This document shows, one piece after another, positions 35,950 to 45,657 of a DNA stretch of 64,000 nt. The stretch is from Deltaproteobacteria bacterium (GTDB lineage Bacteria > Desulfobacterota > Desulfobulbia > Desulfobulbales > SURF-16), in the NCBI GenBank assembly GCA_024277655.1, contig JAJRUT010000063.1, positions 16,939 through 80,938 on the forward strand. Reading direction: 5' to 3'. A program made the position numbers and the translations under genes. How positions within the stretch are numbered: position 1 is the first letter of the stretch; the number at the start of each line of letters is the position of its first letter. The notes under the pieces are model-generated. The model did no database searches, had not been told where the DNA came from, and saw only the letters and a program-made list of their open reading frames with translations.

Positions 35950-37573
35950 AGGAGAATTGATCCACATCAAACAGTCCCTTGTCAGTAATTTTCAGGTGAG
36001 GAATGACAGGCAGGGCCAAAAAGGACATGGCCATAAACGGGGCGCGCAGGTGGCAGCCGTTTGCCTTGACCTGTGTTTCAATATGCTGATGCCGTTTGGC
36101 TGTTTCGGCGCAGGAACCCTGTCCCATAAGTCCGGCGATGGGGAGGGCAAGGCTGGTTGTTTCTGTACCGGTGGTGCAGGCGATGCCGCCCTGGCTGTGG
36201 ATTACCGCATTAATGGCCCCACATAGGTCATCGTCGTTACAGCCAATGGCAATAATATTATGACTGTCGTGGGCGATGGACGAGGCGATGGCGCCTCTCT
36301 TTAAACCAAAGCCTGAGACAAGGCCAAGGGCTGGCGTGGCCTCTGCGCTGTAGCGATTCAATACGCATATCTTGAGCAGATCCCGACTCGGGTCAGCACA
36401 GCACTGCCCCCCTTTGCTGGGGGAGCTTTCCGTTGTCGCGCCGGTAATCAGATCCCCATCCACCACCTTAATTACCCGAACAAATGATCCTGTAGCTGGG
36501 ATGTGCAGGTCGGATTCCTGTATTGGTCGTGCTTTAAAATGATTTAGGACTGGTGGAGTCTCGGCCTCAAACAAGGCAGAGCCCCGCTCCGCAATTTTAA
36601 TTCCCTTGGCGTAATGGCTGATAACATTAAAATCATCCAGATTGTCAATCACAATAAAATCGGCCACGTCACCAACCTGTAATAATCCTGTTTTTAAATG
36701 ATAATGTTGCACCGGATTGACACAGCTATACTGGAGAATGTCGAGAATGTCATGTCCGGCCCGAAGACTTTTTTTGACCAGTAGATTTAGATGACCCTTG
36801 AGGAGATCATCCGGATGGAGGTCGTCACTGCATAGCATGCCGTCCGCCGGATGGCTTGAGATCAGGGAGTGCAGGGCGTCAAAGTCCTTGGCACTGGAGC
36901 CGTTGCGGATCAGTAACTTCATGCCCTTGCCTATCTTTTCAAGGGCTTCTTTAAGGGTTGTAGCCTCATGATCGGTACTGATGCCGGCCTTGATATAGGT
37001 GTCGAGATCATCGGCGCTGAGATGGGGGGCATGCCCGTCCACCGGTTTATGGTTGGTCCTAGCGTGGTTTATTTTGGCCATTACCTCTGTATCGTTATGG
37101 ATGACACCGGGAAAGTTCATCATTTCGCCAAGAAAATGGATATCGTTCCGGCCCATGAGATCTGCCGTGGCTTTGGCATCAATCACCGCTCCTGCCGATT
37201 CAAAGGGCGTAGCCGGGACGCAGGAGGGGGCGCCGAAATAAAAGGATAACGGCACGGTTTTGCCGTCCCGGATCATAAAATCAATACCGGCAACGCCAAG
37301 GACATTGGCAATCTCGTGGGGGTCGGCCACCACCGCGCCCGTGCCGTGACATACGGCAGTTTTTGCCCATTGACCTGGGGTGAGCATGGAACTTTCGATG
37401 TGGATATGGGCGTCAATCAGCGGGGGAAGGAGGTACTTTTTTTCTCGGACTTTTTCATCCTCAATGATACTGCTGATTCGCCCATTCCGGATATGGATAT
37501 GACCGGGGAAGATTCTCCTGGCGATGGGATCAAGAATATGCCCCGAGATCTGGTGTGGAGTGTGTTTATTCAT
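35909..37573 (-). CDS. ade: adenine deaminase
   Basis: LLPPLIDAHIHIESSML metal-binding motif, about 550 aa, amidohydrolase fold segments (DGHAPHL, STDHEA). Confidence 0.85.
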   Translation of the reverse strand: MNKHTPHQISGHILDPIARRIFPGHIHIRNGRISSIIEDEKVREKKYLLPPLIDAHIHIESSMLTPGQWAKTAVCHGTGAVVADPHEIANVLGVAGIDFMIRDGKTVPLSFYFGAPSCVPATPFESAGAVIDAKATADLMGRNDIHFLGEMMNFPGVIHNDTEVMAKINHARTNHKPVDGHAPHLSADDLDTYIKAGISTDHEATTLKEALEKIGKGMKLLIRNGSSAKDFDALHSLISSHPADGMLCSDDLHPDDLLKGHLNLLVKKSLRAGHDILDILQYSCVNPVQHYHLKTGLLQVGDVADFIVIDNLDDFNVISHYAKGIKIAERGSALFEAETPPVLNHFKARPIQESDLHIPATGSFVRVIKVVDGDLITGATTESSPSKGGQCCADPSRDLLKICVLNRYSAEATPALGLVSGFGLKRGAIASSIAHDSHNIIAIGCNDDDLCGAINAVIHSQGGIACTTGTETTSLALPIAGLMGQGSCAETAKRHQHIETQVKANGCHLRAPFMAMSFLALPVIPHLKITDKGLFDVDQFSFTPLFQDSIESNS

Positions 37574-39075
37574 GGCTTTCGGCAGTCTTTGCTGGTGTTA
37601 TCAAGTCCTGTGTAAAAATTCACCCAGGAGGATTTGTTTTTTAGTGACCAGTTGCGGGGTGGGATGAACTGTCTGCCAAATTGATTGATACTGTTTCTGT
37701 TTTTTAGTCGTTCATAGCTTAGGACATAATGACATTTTTTCTGACCGGGGTACACCTCACACCAGCCATCATCTGAGCCACCACATGGCCCGTTCAAAAG
37801 GTATTTGGCGCAACCGGATTGGGGGCAGAGGTAGCCGTAGTGATCCAGGGTGCAGTCACCGCAGTTGCGGCAGGAAAAAAGGATGAATTTGGAGAGGTGC
37901 TCAAGCCAGAAGAGGGGACGCCTGAAGACGGTCTGGTTGAGGCCAAGGCAGCAACTCTTTGCCAGAGGGTAGAGAGCGCCTTTGGGGCTAAAGACCTGAT
38001 TATGTAAGCCTTGGCTGACATGAAAGAGGGGTGACCTGATTTTTTTGGGTGTTCTGGCACTGAGCGTGGTGCTGTTTAACTTTTCCCCGTTATCCTTAAA
38101 ATAATAAAATCCAGCGGTGGGGCGGTAGTTGAAGTTTTGAAGAAGTTGACGCCAGTTCTGTTGTCTGCGTTCAGCCTCACTTATGAGAAAATCAAGATCA
38201 GCCATGCCAAGACCGGGACCGCCGATATGAGCGCCGTCATAGCCCAGGCCACGCATAATGGCAAGCTGGCTTGCACCTCGTTCGAGCCTGGCCTGTTTGC
38301 CCTTGTCAGCGGCCTGACTCTCATCGCGGATCTGCTTAAACAGCTCCTCCGGCATGATGCAACCGGGGATTTGTCTCTGGTGCATCAGGTGGGCCACTTT
38401 AGGGGTTGGTAAAAAGACGTTGCCGAGGATGGGGAAATCTGCGCCAAGGGTTGGGCGATACTGGATCAGTTCGTGGTATTTACGACAATCAAAGCCCAGT
38501 TGGCTGATGCCAAAATGGGCCCCGGCATGCACCTTGCGTTGTAGTTTAAGGTATTGCATGACAAGCTCTGCTTCAGAATACTTAAACGGGGAAATGGCGA
38601 CACCGATATAAAATGAGGTGGCCGGGCCATCGGCACTACCGCTGTTCAGCCCTGTAATCAGGTCAATGGCCTGAACCGAATCAAGGTCAAAGACGGGCTT
38701 AGGTTGACCGCAGTACCCCTGTTGCGGGTAATCTCCGGTGATGACCAAAAGATTCTGTAGCCCTATGCGATCCAGACCATAGAGTACGCTCTCCATTTTA
38801 TTACGGTTTTTGTCTTTGCAGGAAAAATGACCGATGACATCCATGCCAAGACTCATAATTTCCCGGCCGATAACATCGGGCGACAGGGTGGCATAGCCCC
38901 CGGCATTGTCGGTGATGGATACGGCACAGATACGACCGTCAGTAACCAGATCCCTCGCCAGGGCAAGTGCCTTGGTGTGGACGGCGGTTTGGCTGCCCCG
39001 GCCTGGAACCAGCTCAAAGGTGAGAGTGAAGAGATCCTTGTTGTTTAGAGAACTCTTGAAAGTGATGGGTGGCAT
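37570..39075 (-). CDS. methylenetetrahydrofolate reductase-like protein fused to a MetV-type C-terminal zinc-ribbon domain
   Basis: N-terminal MTHFR-like domain (FELVPGRGS ... HFSCKDKNRN ... ITGDYP). C-terminal CRNCGDCTLDHYGYLCPQSGCAKYLLNGPCGGSDDGWCEV. 4-nt overlap with ade. Confidence 0.75.
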   Translation of the reverse strand: MPPITFKSSLNNKDLFTLTFELVPGRGSQTAVHTKALALARDLVTDGRICAVSITDNAGGYATLSPDVIGREIMSLGMDVIGHFSCKDKNRNKMESVLYGLDRIGLQNLLVITGDYPQQGYCGQPKPVFDLDSVQAIDLITGLNSGSADGPATSFYIGVAISPFKYSEAELVMQYLKLQRKVHAGAHFGISQLGFDCRKYHELIQYRPTLGADFPILGNVFLPTPKVAHLMHQRQIPGCIMPEELFKQIRDESQAADKGKQARLERGASQLAIMRGLGYDGAHIGGPGLGMADLDFLISEAERRQQNWRQLLQNFNYRPTAGFYYFKDNGEKLNSTTLSARTPKKIRSPLFHVSQGLHNQVFSPKGALYPLAKSCCLGLNQTVFRRPLFWLEHLSKFILFSCRNCGDCTLDHYGYLCPQSGCAKYLLNGPCGGSDDGWCEVYPGQKKCHYVLSYERLKNRNSINQFGRQFIPPRNWSLKNKSSWVNFYTGLDNTSKDCRKP

Positions 39076-39247
39076 GGATGGTATACTACTGTTTCAACAG
39101 CCCAGTTTCAAGTCGCAAGTTGGTGGACGGTAACAGACATAAGGGGTATATAGTTTTAATTACAGCTTATTTGCTTAGTGTAGGTGCTTTTCAACTTCTA
39201 AAATCCTTATTTCTCAAATTCTTGGCATAAAAACAGGTTCAAGGACA

Positions 39248-39919
39248 GTGATGGTGCTTGGCGCGATGACCCCTATTTGGCAGAAGGCTGCTCGCATCTT
39301 TGACGAGCGCGCCAAGGAGTATGACAGCTGGTTTGAGGATAGTCTGGTCTTTGAAATTGAGCTTCAGGCTCTGGCGGATCTTGTCACGCCCCTTGTTGAA
39401 CCCAGGATTGAGGTTGGGGTGGGGCCTGGCCGTTTTGCTGAAAAGCTTGGCGTTGGGTTGGGGATTGATCCAGCCCTCGCTCCACTCAAACTGGCCTGCA
39501 AACGGTTGGGTTTGGTCTGTCAGGGGGTGGGCGAAAATCTTCCCCTTTGTTCTCGTTCTATTCCCACGGTGTTTTTACTATTTAGTCTCTGCTTTACAGA
39601 AAAGCCCAGAAGTGTACTTGGGGAGATTGCCAGGGTTCTAAAGCCGGGGGGGTATCTGGTGCTGGGTATGGTGCCTGGGTCTAGTGCTTGGGGAAAGGTA
39701 CTTGCTAAGAAAAAACAGGAGGGGCGCGGCTTTTACAGACATAGTTATCTTTTCGAGGTCGAGCAGGTCACGGCCTGGCTCCTGGCGGCAGGATTTACCA
39801 TTGTTGAGGAGCGGTCTGCCCTATTGCAACCACCGGGCGAGGCGGTAATGTTCGAGTCCTCCAAGGCTGGCATATTTGCGGCTGCAGGTTTTGTACTGCT
39901 TGTGGCTAAGAAGTTGTAA
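39248..39919 (+). CDS. class I SAM-dependent methyltransferase
   Basis: Motif I EVGVGPGRF and post-I/II segments (LKPGGYLVLG). The start codon is ambiguous among the first Met residues. Confidence 0.7.
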   Translation: MMVLGAMTPIWQKAARIFDERAKEYDSWFEDSLVFEIELQALADLVTPLVEPRIEVGVGPGRFAEKLGVGLGIDPALAPLKLACKRLGLVCQGVGENLPLCSRSIPTVFLLFSLCFTEKPRSVLGEIARVLKPGGYLVLGMVPGSSAWGKVLAKKKQEGRGFYRHSYLFEVEQVTAWLLAAGFTIVEERSALLQPPGEAVMFESSKAGIFAAAGFVLLVAKKL

Positions 39920-39927
39920 CAGCCTGT

Positions 39928-40164
39928 TTAATCGTCTGTGTTGGTAACATCTTGTGGGGCTTCCGGATTATAGCCTGCGCGAAGAATTGCCCCCAGGCCA
40001 ATCACCATGGCGGCTCCGATCAGGAGTGGCACCCATGACGGATCTTTGGGCCGAAATGCTGGCGGAATGTTTGGCGGCAGATCTCGTCTACAGTAGCGGC
40101 AGACGATGGCATTCGTGTAAATTGCTTCCTGACAATAGGGACAACGTTGTGTTTTTTTATCCAT
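39928..40164 (-). CDS. zinc-ribbon membrane protein, function unknown
   Basis: CPYC ... CRYC zinc ribbon followed by one TM segment (WVPLLIGAAMVIGLGAIL). Confidence 0.55.
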   Translation of the reverse strand: MDKKTQRCPYCQEAIYTNAIVCRYCRRDLPPNIPPAFRPKDPSWVPLLIGAAMVIGLGAILRAGYNPEAPQDVTNTDD

Positions 40165-40312
40165 GATCTTATGATGTCTGGTAGTGCTGATTTTTTAAAC
40201 TGGTGGTTAATGGGTCATCCCAGCAAGCTCATATTTCTGTTTTGGCCTGGTTATTTTAGTACTGTATCGGTCAACCTGTCCGGTGTCAAGTTTTTGGAGT
40301 ATTCTGTTTGTT

Positions 40313-41002
40313 ATGATTTTTAAATTAGGTAACGATCTTATATTTCCTCCGGTGGAGCTTGCGGAGGCTGATGGGCTACTTGCTGTGGGTGGTGACTTAA
40401 GGGTTGATCGTCTGCTTCTCGCCTACTCCAAAGGGATTTTTCCATGGTATTCCCATGGTGATCCCATTCTCTGGTGGTCACCAAATCCCAGGATGGTACT
40501 GTTCCCGGAAGAGTTTCACTGTTCAAAACGGTTGGCCAGGACCCTTCGCCAGCAGAAGTTTACTGTTACCCTTGATCAGAATTTTTGTGGTGTTATTCAG
40601 GGTTGTGCTGCGCCCCGGCGTGATCACACCGGGACATGGATCATCGATGAAATGATCGCGGCCTATATCAAGTTGCATGATGAGGGTTGGGCCCACTCGG
40701 TGGAATGTTGGCAGGGAGAAGAACTTGTTGGTGGCTTGTACGGGGTGGCGATTGGTGGCATGTTTTTTGGGGAATCGATGTTCAGCCGAGTTGCCGATGG
40801 CTCCAAGGTGGCCCTTGCCCACCTTGTTACAAGGCTTAAGGAGTGGCAGTTTGACCTGATTGATTGTCAGATGAATACACCGCATCTAGAGAGCCTGGGG
40901 GCAAGGGAAATAGCTGGTGAGGAGTTTCTTAGATTGCTGGATGCCTCAGTCGTGCGTCCGGATTGTTGGGGTGGCGGGGTGGGTGAAGGAGATAGGGCCT
41001 AG
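40313..41002 (+). CDS. aat: leucyl/phenylalanyl-tRNA--protein transferase
   Basis: GLLAVGGDL ... LLLAYSKGIFPWY ... WWSPNPR ... GGLYGVAIGGMFFGESMF. The start is taken at the ATG at 40313 (MIFKLGNDLIFPP) by comparison with the known Aat N-terminus. Confidence 0.88.
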   Translation: MIFKLGNDLIFPPVELAEADGLLAVGGDLRVDRLLLAYSKGIFPWYSHGDPILWWSPNPRMVLFPEEFHCSKRLARTLRQQKFTVTLDQNFCGVIQGCAAPRRDHTGTWIIDEMIAAYIKLHDEGWAHSVECWQGEELVGGLYGVAIGGMFFGESMFSRVADGSKVALAHLVTRLKEWQFDLIDCQMNTPHLESLGAREIAGEEFLRLLDASVVRPDCWGGGVGEGDRA

Positions 41003-41055
41003 CTTGGTATCAGCCATGGGGGCTGTATTGGCGAGATTATGCAGGGAACAATAAG

Positions 41056-41088
41056 AAGGCCCACCTGAAAAACAGGTGGGCCTTTTTT
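41056..41088. terminator. bidirectional rho-independent terminator between aat and apbE
   Basis: aaggcccacctg-aaaaa-caggtgggcctt followed by tttt. 12-bp perfect stem. Confidence 0.85.
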
Positions 41089-41110
41089 GTGAATATAAAA
41101 ATTCTAAAGT

Positions 41111-42142
41111 TTAAGCGATAGACCAGCCTGTTGACCTGTGGGATGAGCCGTCCTTGCCAAGAATAAAGCACTCGGAGTCTGTCCGTTTATTGATATAGGA
41201 AAGGCCATTTGTCGGTTGCATAACAAAAACTGCGGTGGACAGGGCATCGGCATCCATGACGGTGGCGGTTCTGATGGTTACGGAGGTGGATAGGGTTGGT
41301 GATACACCTGTTTTGGCATTGATGATGTGATGGAACATCTTTTCGTTATCATAGAAAATTTCATAGTTGCCTGAGGTGGCAATGGCCCCGTTGTGCATCT
41401 CAATGACGTTGGGGTAATCCTTGCCCTTGGCCGGATCTTGAATGGCAACAGTCCACGGCTTTGAATTGGCCGCCAGGCCTACGGTGCGGATATCGCCACC
41501 GGCATTTATAAGATGATTGCCAAGGCCGTTTGCTGACAGGACTTCAGAGGCCTTGTCAACGATATAGCCTTTGGCGATACCATCCAGGGTGATTCCCATG
41601 TCATCTCTGGCAAAGGAGATATTGCCGTCTGTAAAGATGATCTGCTCGGCACCAATCCGTTTTAAGGTGGCTTGGACTTCGGTTTCAGTTGGTTTAGCTC
41701 CGGCGGCAAAGGAGTTCTTGTACAGGTCGATCAGCGGGGCAACGGTGATGTCAAAGGCGCCACTGGTCTGTTTATGGTAGGCCAGTGAGCGGCCAACCAG
41801 TTCCAGCACCTCAAGGGGTGCATCTTGCAAGGAGCCGGTACGGTTTAAAACCGCAATGGGGGAAGATTCATCGTAGCGGCTGAGCAGATTGCTCAACCGA
41901 TCAATTTCGTTAAAGGCCAGGCCAAAGGCCTCCTGGGCCTCATCCTTGGAGGAATGAATGGCGGTCATGGAGATGTATGTTCCCATGCCAAGCTTGGTAG
42001 TGCTGACCTTATATTCTTTCTTGTTGAACCACAATGCTTCTGCCGATATGGCGGGCAGAACCGTTGCCGCAGTGGCACCAAGGCCTAAGAGGGCGGATTT
42101 CTTGAGGAAAGAACGTCTGTTTTGTTGATTGGTAGTCATCAT
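41111..42142 (-). CDS. apbE: FAD:protein FMN transferase (flavin transferase ApbE), Tat-exported
   Basis: Twin-arginine leader NRRSFLKKSALLGLGATAA. ApbE motifs GGAFDITV, LDGIAKGY, INAGGDI. Last gene of the rnf cluster. Confidence 0.88.
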   Translation of the reverse strand: MMTTNQQNRRSFLKKSALLGLGATAATVLPAISAEALWFNKKEYKVSTTKLGMGTYISMTAIHSSKDEAQEAFGLAFNEIDRLSNLLSRYDESSPIAVLNRTGSLQDAPLEVLELVGRSLAYHKQTSGAFDITVAPLIDLYKNSFAAGAKPTETEVQATLKRIGAEQIIFTDGNISFARDDMGITLDGIAKGYIVDKASEVLSANGLGNHLINAGGDIRTVGLAANSKPWTVAIQDPAKGKDYPNVIEMHNGAIATSGNYEIFYDNEKMFHHIINAKTGVSPTLSTSVTIRTATVMDADALSTAVFVMQPTNGLSYINKRTDSECFILGKDGSSHRSTGWSIA

Positions 42143-42262
42143 ACCATTTCCTTATATACTATTTATGAGTAAGGCCTATTGGGGAGCCTTGTTGTTCTCG
42201 GTCGTTTTTTTGTACTGCTTCTATTACTTAAATGTCCAACGTTCGTTGTTGGGCGTTCTTTT

Positions 42263-43135
42263 CTACCCCGCCATCTTCAGGCCGCCAGCATCGCGTTTTA
42301 AAACAGCAGGGCCAGCATATTTTCTAAAGATGCCCCTGGGACATTTTTCCGTACAGACCATCTCGCAACCATCGCCGTAGTCGATACATTTGGGGTGATC
42401 GACGCCAATTAATCCAGCCTCATAACTGACAGCATCGGCAGGGCATTTTTTCACGCAGATCTGGCAGGAAATGCAGCCGACCTCACACACCTTCTTCACA
42501 TTCTTACCAAGATCCTTGGTGGAGCAGGGCACATGGACTCTGGCCTTCAGGGTCTGTAGTTCAATAATCTTCTTGGGGCAGGCCTTGACGCAGGTGCCGC
42601 AACTTACGCATTTGTCCGGATTAACCATGGGGAAGTTGTCAACCATGGCAATGGCATCAAAGGGGCAACTGGCCGCACATTCACCCATACCGATACAGGC
42701 ATACTGGCATTTCGACGGGCCGCCAAAACCAAGATTGGCCGCCGTACAGGAGGCAAAACCGATATACTCATGCTTGTGGCTGACCCGGCCTTCAATGCGT
42801 GAACAACGCACCGAGGCGATCATGTCTTCCATGGCGGTCATCTTCTTGCCGGTCAAGGTGGCGACCCTCTCTGCCACCGCCTCTTTGCCGGGATAACAGA
42901 GGTTGGGTGGGACATCAGGGTCGTTGACCACAGCAATGGCGTACCCCTCGCAACCTGGATAACCGCAACCGCCACACTGGGCACCGGCCAGAGACTCCAG
43001 AACCTCTTCAATTAAAGGATCGGTCTCAACGGCAAACTTGTGGGCGGCAAGAGCAAGCCCGATACCGAAGAAGAGACCAATACAGCCAAGCATGGCAATG
43101 CCGCCGATGGCTATTTTTACTAATGCTGGATCCAT
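42263..43135 (-). CDS. rnfB: Rnf complex subunit B (polyferredoxin)
   Basis: N-terminal TM anchor, CGGCGYPGCEGYA motif, then several CxxCxxCxxxCP clusters. Confidence 0.88.
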   Translation of the reverse strand: MDPALVKIAIGGIAMLGCIGLFFGIGLALAAHKFAVETDPLIEEVLESLAGAQCGGCGYPGCEGYAIAVVNDPDVPPNLCYPGKEAVAERVATLTGKKMTAMEDMIASVRCSRIEGRVSHKHEYIGFASCTAANLGFGGPSKCQYACIGMGECAASCPFDAIAMVDNFPMVNPDKCVSCGTCVKACPKKIIELQTLKARVHVPCSTKDLGKNVKKVCEVGCISCQICVKKCPADAVSYEAGLIGVDHPKCIDYGDGCEMVCTEKCPRGIFRKYAGPAVLKRDAGGLKMAG

Positions 43136-43180
43136 ATTTTATACTCTAAAATTAATGTTTATTCGTAGTTTAGGAAAAGC

Positions 43181-44116
43181 TTAAAAAATCTTCAGTCCTG
43201 AAAAACCAAGGAAGGCCAGGGCAAACTGACCTGCGACAATAAAGGCGATGGGAATGCCTTCAAAGGTCTTGGGTATCTGGGCAAATTCCATTCGTTCCCG
43301 TACCGAACTCATAAGATACAGCGCAAGGAGGAAGCCACTACCGGCCCCAAGGGACAGCATCAGGGTTTCCAAGAAATTATACTCATTGTCGGCAAGGATC
43401 AGGGGTACCGCGATAATAACGCAGTTGGCAATTACCAGAACCAGATAGACCCCGAAGGACTGGAAGAGAGCCGGATTCACCTTACGAAGTACTGTATCCA
43501 CCGCCTGCACGGTGAGGGATACAAGGCCGATAAAGACGACAATTTGCAGGAAGTTTAAGTGGAAGGGCTTCATGACATATTGGTAGAAGAACCAACTCAT
43601 GATGGCACTGACCACCATGACAATGGTGAAGGTGAAACCCATGCCCTTGGCGGTGTCCTTTCTTTTGGAGGTACCAAAAAAGACGCAGAGTCCGAGGTAT
43701 TTGGTGAAGACAAAGTTGTTGATCAGAAGGGCTGAAATCAAAATAGAAAAGAGATAACCCCAGTATGATTTTGCCACCTGAAAGATAAAGGGCGATACCT
43801 TGTCGTGGGTCATGACTGCCACCACATGGGTCTCGGTGGTGTTGAGCGGCTCACTGAAGATGAGATGTGCCGTCTTGCCATCGGCAGACAGGGTTATGGT
43901 GTCAATGGTAAGACGAATGTCCGGGTCTGGCTCTTCATAGACCGTGTAATTGTTGATATCTGTGGCTATGGCCGCACTCGTAGGGGCAGCGAAGGTCAGA
44001 ATAATCTCGTTCGGCTCGCCAAAACTCTTACTGGTGATAAGATCACCGGCCTGAGCAAGACTGGGTAAGAGGGCGAGGACAGCGAGGAGGAAAAGCTTGC
44101 ACACGAATGATTTCAT
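43181..44116 (-). CDS. rnfA: Rnf complex subunit A with an extra N-terminal signal peptide and a roughly 80-aa Ig-like domain
   Basis: Residues about 117-311 are canonical RnfA (LINNFVFTKYLGLCVFFGTSKR ... GIPIAFIVAGQFALAFLGF). Residues 1-23 form a signal peptide ending in AQA. The ATG overlaps the rnfE stop (ATGA). Confidence 0.85.
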   Translation of the reverse strand: MKSFVCKLFLLAVLALLPSLAQAGDLITSKSFGEPNEIILTFAAPTSAAIATDINNYTVYEEPDPDIRLTIDTITLSADGKTAHLIFSEPLNTTETHVVAVMTHDKVSPFIFQVAKSYWGYLFSILISALLINNFVFTKYLGLCVFFGTSKRKDTAKGMGFTFTIVMVVSAIMSWFFYQYVMKPFHLNFLQIVVFIGLVSLTVQAVDTVLRKVNPALFQSFGVYLVLVIANCVIIAVPLILADNEYNFLETLMLSLGAGSGFLLALYLMSSVRERMEFAQIPKTFEGIPIAFIVAGQFALAFLGFSGLKIF

Positions 44117-44736
44117 GAGGCCACCTGCTTTAATTTTCTGTAGCGGATTTCGATATAGTTGAAAAATGCCATCATCAGGCCTACCACAAAGAAACCGGCA
44201 CAGGGCAGAACGAAGAAGAGCAGAGGTCTTACTCCGCCCAGCACTTCAAAACCGAGGATGGTGCCAAGGCCAAGCAGTTCGCGAACCAGGCCAATCGCCA
44301 TCATACCTGCCATAAAGCCAAGTCCCATGCCAACCCCATCCCAGAATGAGGCGTTGACCGACTCCTTGCAGGCAAACATTTCAAGGCGCATGGTGATGAT
44401 GGCAAAGGCCACAATGAGTTTGATAAAGACGCCCATCTGTGAATATGGCCCTGGCATATAGGCTGCCATTACCAGGTCAATAACCGTTACCCAGGTAGCA
44501 ATGGTCAAGGTGTAGGACGGAATCCGGATACGGGGGTGAATCTTGTTTTTAAATAACGAGATTGTCACACTGGAGAAGACTTGGACAAAGAGTACAGCAA
44601 GCCCCAGCATAATGCCGTTCATCACGGTTGTGGAAATGCCAACCGCCGGGCACATGGATAATACGAGCCGGAAGATCGGGTTTTCATTGAGGATGCCGTT
44701 GGCAACCAGTTGCATATTTGATTTATCGTTGGCCAT
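44113..44736 (-). CDS. rnfE: Rnf complex subunit E
   Basis: NENPIFRLVLSMCPAVG and a 6-TM pattern homologous to RnfA. Operon position. Confidence 0.88.
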   Translation of the reverse strand: MANDKSNMQLVANGILNENPIFRLVLSMCPAVGISTTVMNGIMLGLAVLFVQVFSSVTISLFKNKIHPRIRIPSYTLTIATWVTVIDLVMAAYMPGPYSQMGVFIKLIVAFAIITMRLEMFACKESVNASFWDGVGMGLGFMAGMMAIGLVRELLGLGTILGFEVLGGVRPLLFFVLPCAGFFVVGLMMAFFNYIEIRYRKLKQVAS

Positions 44737-44760
44737 GTAGATTAAACCTTTGGTTTCGTT

Positions 44761-45657
44761 CTAAAAGGGAACGGCGATGTTTTGTTCCTGAATGACCGCA
44801 TCCAAAATACCAATGCGGTAGGCAAATTTCTTGGTAATGCCCTTCACCCCGTTTGTTACCGATACACTGGAAATGGTGGCGCCGGTCAGGGCATAAATAT
44901 TTTTGTCCTTATAATTTTGTTGAACCAGGGCAACCTCTTCCTTGGAAATCTTACCATCAAGGGCCTGCCGGTAGTCATCGGGCAGGGGAACCTTGTCCAC
45001 CTCAAGATATTTCACGGCGGCAAAGGACTTGCCAATAAACTGGTTTTTAAAATAATCTTCTTTGATTTCAGCGCCGAGACCCGGATCTTCCTCGTGTTCC
45101 ATGATTTCCAGACCAAGGATGGTGAAGTCAGGTTCAAGGGCCAGCATAACATGGATGAATGTCTTAAAGCCGGGGAATTTACCCGACAGAAGATAGGCCG
45201 TGCGTTGGTCATTTGCGGTGGCGATAACGGTTTGATCGGCATAACGAATCGTCTTGCCTTTGCCAAGTGCTGTAAGGATGGCCTGATCGCGGTCGCTCTC
45301 ATCCCGTACGGAGGCATGATCGATATCCACGGGGTACTGACCGATGAAAGAACCGTCAAGGCTTATACTGATGAAGGTGAAACCGCCATGTTCGCCATGG
45401 CCTGTCGGCACAAGATAGCCCACGGAAAGTTCGTCGCCGGTGGTAACAACATAACGGAAGAGTTCATGCAGTTTGACTTCTGCAGGGATTCCCTTGCTCA
45501 CATCGTAACCGAGCAACCCGTAGGAGACCTTTTGTTCATTCTTGTATTTGTTCTGTTTTTTTGCATCGGAGGTGATGATGAATGTGGCTCCCATCACAGC
45601 TCCGGCCATCAGACACGATACGGTCAGTCTGATGATAATGGTCATGATATCTTTCAT
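44761..45657 (-). CDS. rnfG: Rnf complex subunit G (FMN-binding), unusually long
   Basis: N-terminal TM anchor. FMN_bind domain with the flavinylation motif ALTGATISS. 298 aa. Confidence 0.82.
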   Translation of the reverse strand: MKDIMTIIIRLTVSCLMAGAVMGATFIITSDAKKQNKYKNEQKVSYGLLGYDVSKGIPAEVKLHELFRYVVTTGDELSVGYLVPTGHGEHGGFTFISISLDGSFIGQYPVDIDHASVRDESDRDQAILTALGKGKTIRYADQTVIATANDQRTAYLLSGKFPGFKTFIHVMLALEPDFTILGLEIMEHEEDPGLGAEIKEDYFKNQFIGKSFAAVKYLEVDKVPLPDDYRQALDGKISKEEVALVQQNYKDKNIYALTGATISSVSVTNGVKGITKKFAYRIGILDAVIQEQNIAVPF

